Assembly (NCBI RefSeq): GCF_006345805.1
Contig: NC_042998.1
Coordinates: forward strand, 186,930,001-186,994,000
Length of the DNA stretch: 64,000 bases
DNA from: Octopus sinensis
Taxonomy: Eukaryota
Reading direction: 5' to 3'
Part shown: positions 63,975-64,000 of the stretch, piece by piece
Position numbering within the stretch: position 1 is the first letter of the stretch
Layout of the letters: each line of letters begins with the position of its first letter
Notes under the pieces: model-generated
The model's input: the letters and a program-made list of their open reading frames with translations, nothing else
What the model was told of the DNA's origin: nothing
Databases searched by the model: none
Program-made: the position numbers and the translations under genes

Positions 63975-64000
63975 AGTGCCGGTGGCACGTAAAAAGCACC
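63975..64000 (+). mobile_element. Start of another RTE-tail core at window edge
   Basis: gtgccggtggcacgtaaaaagcacc, the conserved core of the RTE 3'UTR. Confidence 0.6.

Overview
AT-rich eukaryotic genomic DNA with no complete, recognisable protein-coding gene, and no rRNA, true tRNA or CRISPR array. The repeat content points to a coleoid cephalopod, most likely Octopus: tRNA-headed SINEs, RTE LINE 3' ends with (GAT)n tails, and abundant (TA)n/(CA)n microsatellites. This taxon call is from recalled repeat families, not a database search. The window reads as a large intron or intergenic transposon graveyard. It contains decayed Penelope-like, R4/Dong-like, RTE and CR1-like retroelements, two SINE head types, and a piggyBac family (one 1.08-kb internally deleted element with transposase N-terminus plus seven TTAA-flanked MITEs). 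Two Buster-type hAT MITEs with 8-bp TSDs are also present. A few isolated exon candidates exist (best: 19537-19659 minus, 21621-21824 plus, 40396-40428 minus) but the host gene cannot be identified. The most notable structures are four: a Penelope-like element with twin-priming-like 5' inversion geometry; a 301-bp tandem duplication preserving both the empty and MITE-filled TTAA site; an unexplained ~330-bp tandem array ending in a 104-bp inverted arm (long dsRNA hairpin); and a short bipartite RTE derivative with a nested hAT MITE. Repeat boundaries are approximate (about +/-20-50 bp) unless TIR/TSD coordinates are quoted. Most ORFs in the supplied track are spurious.
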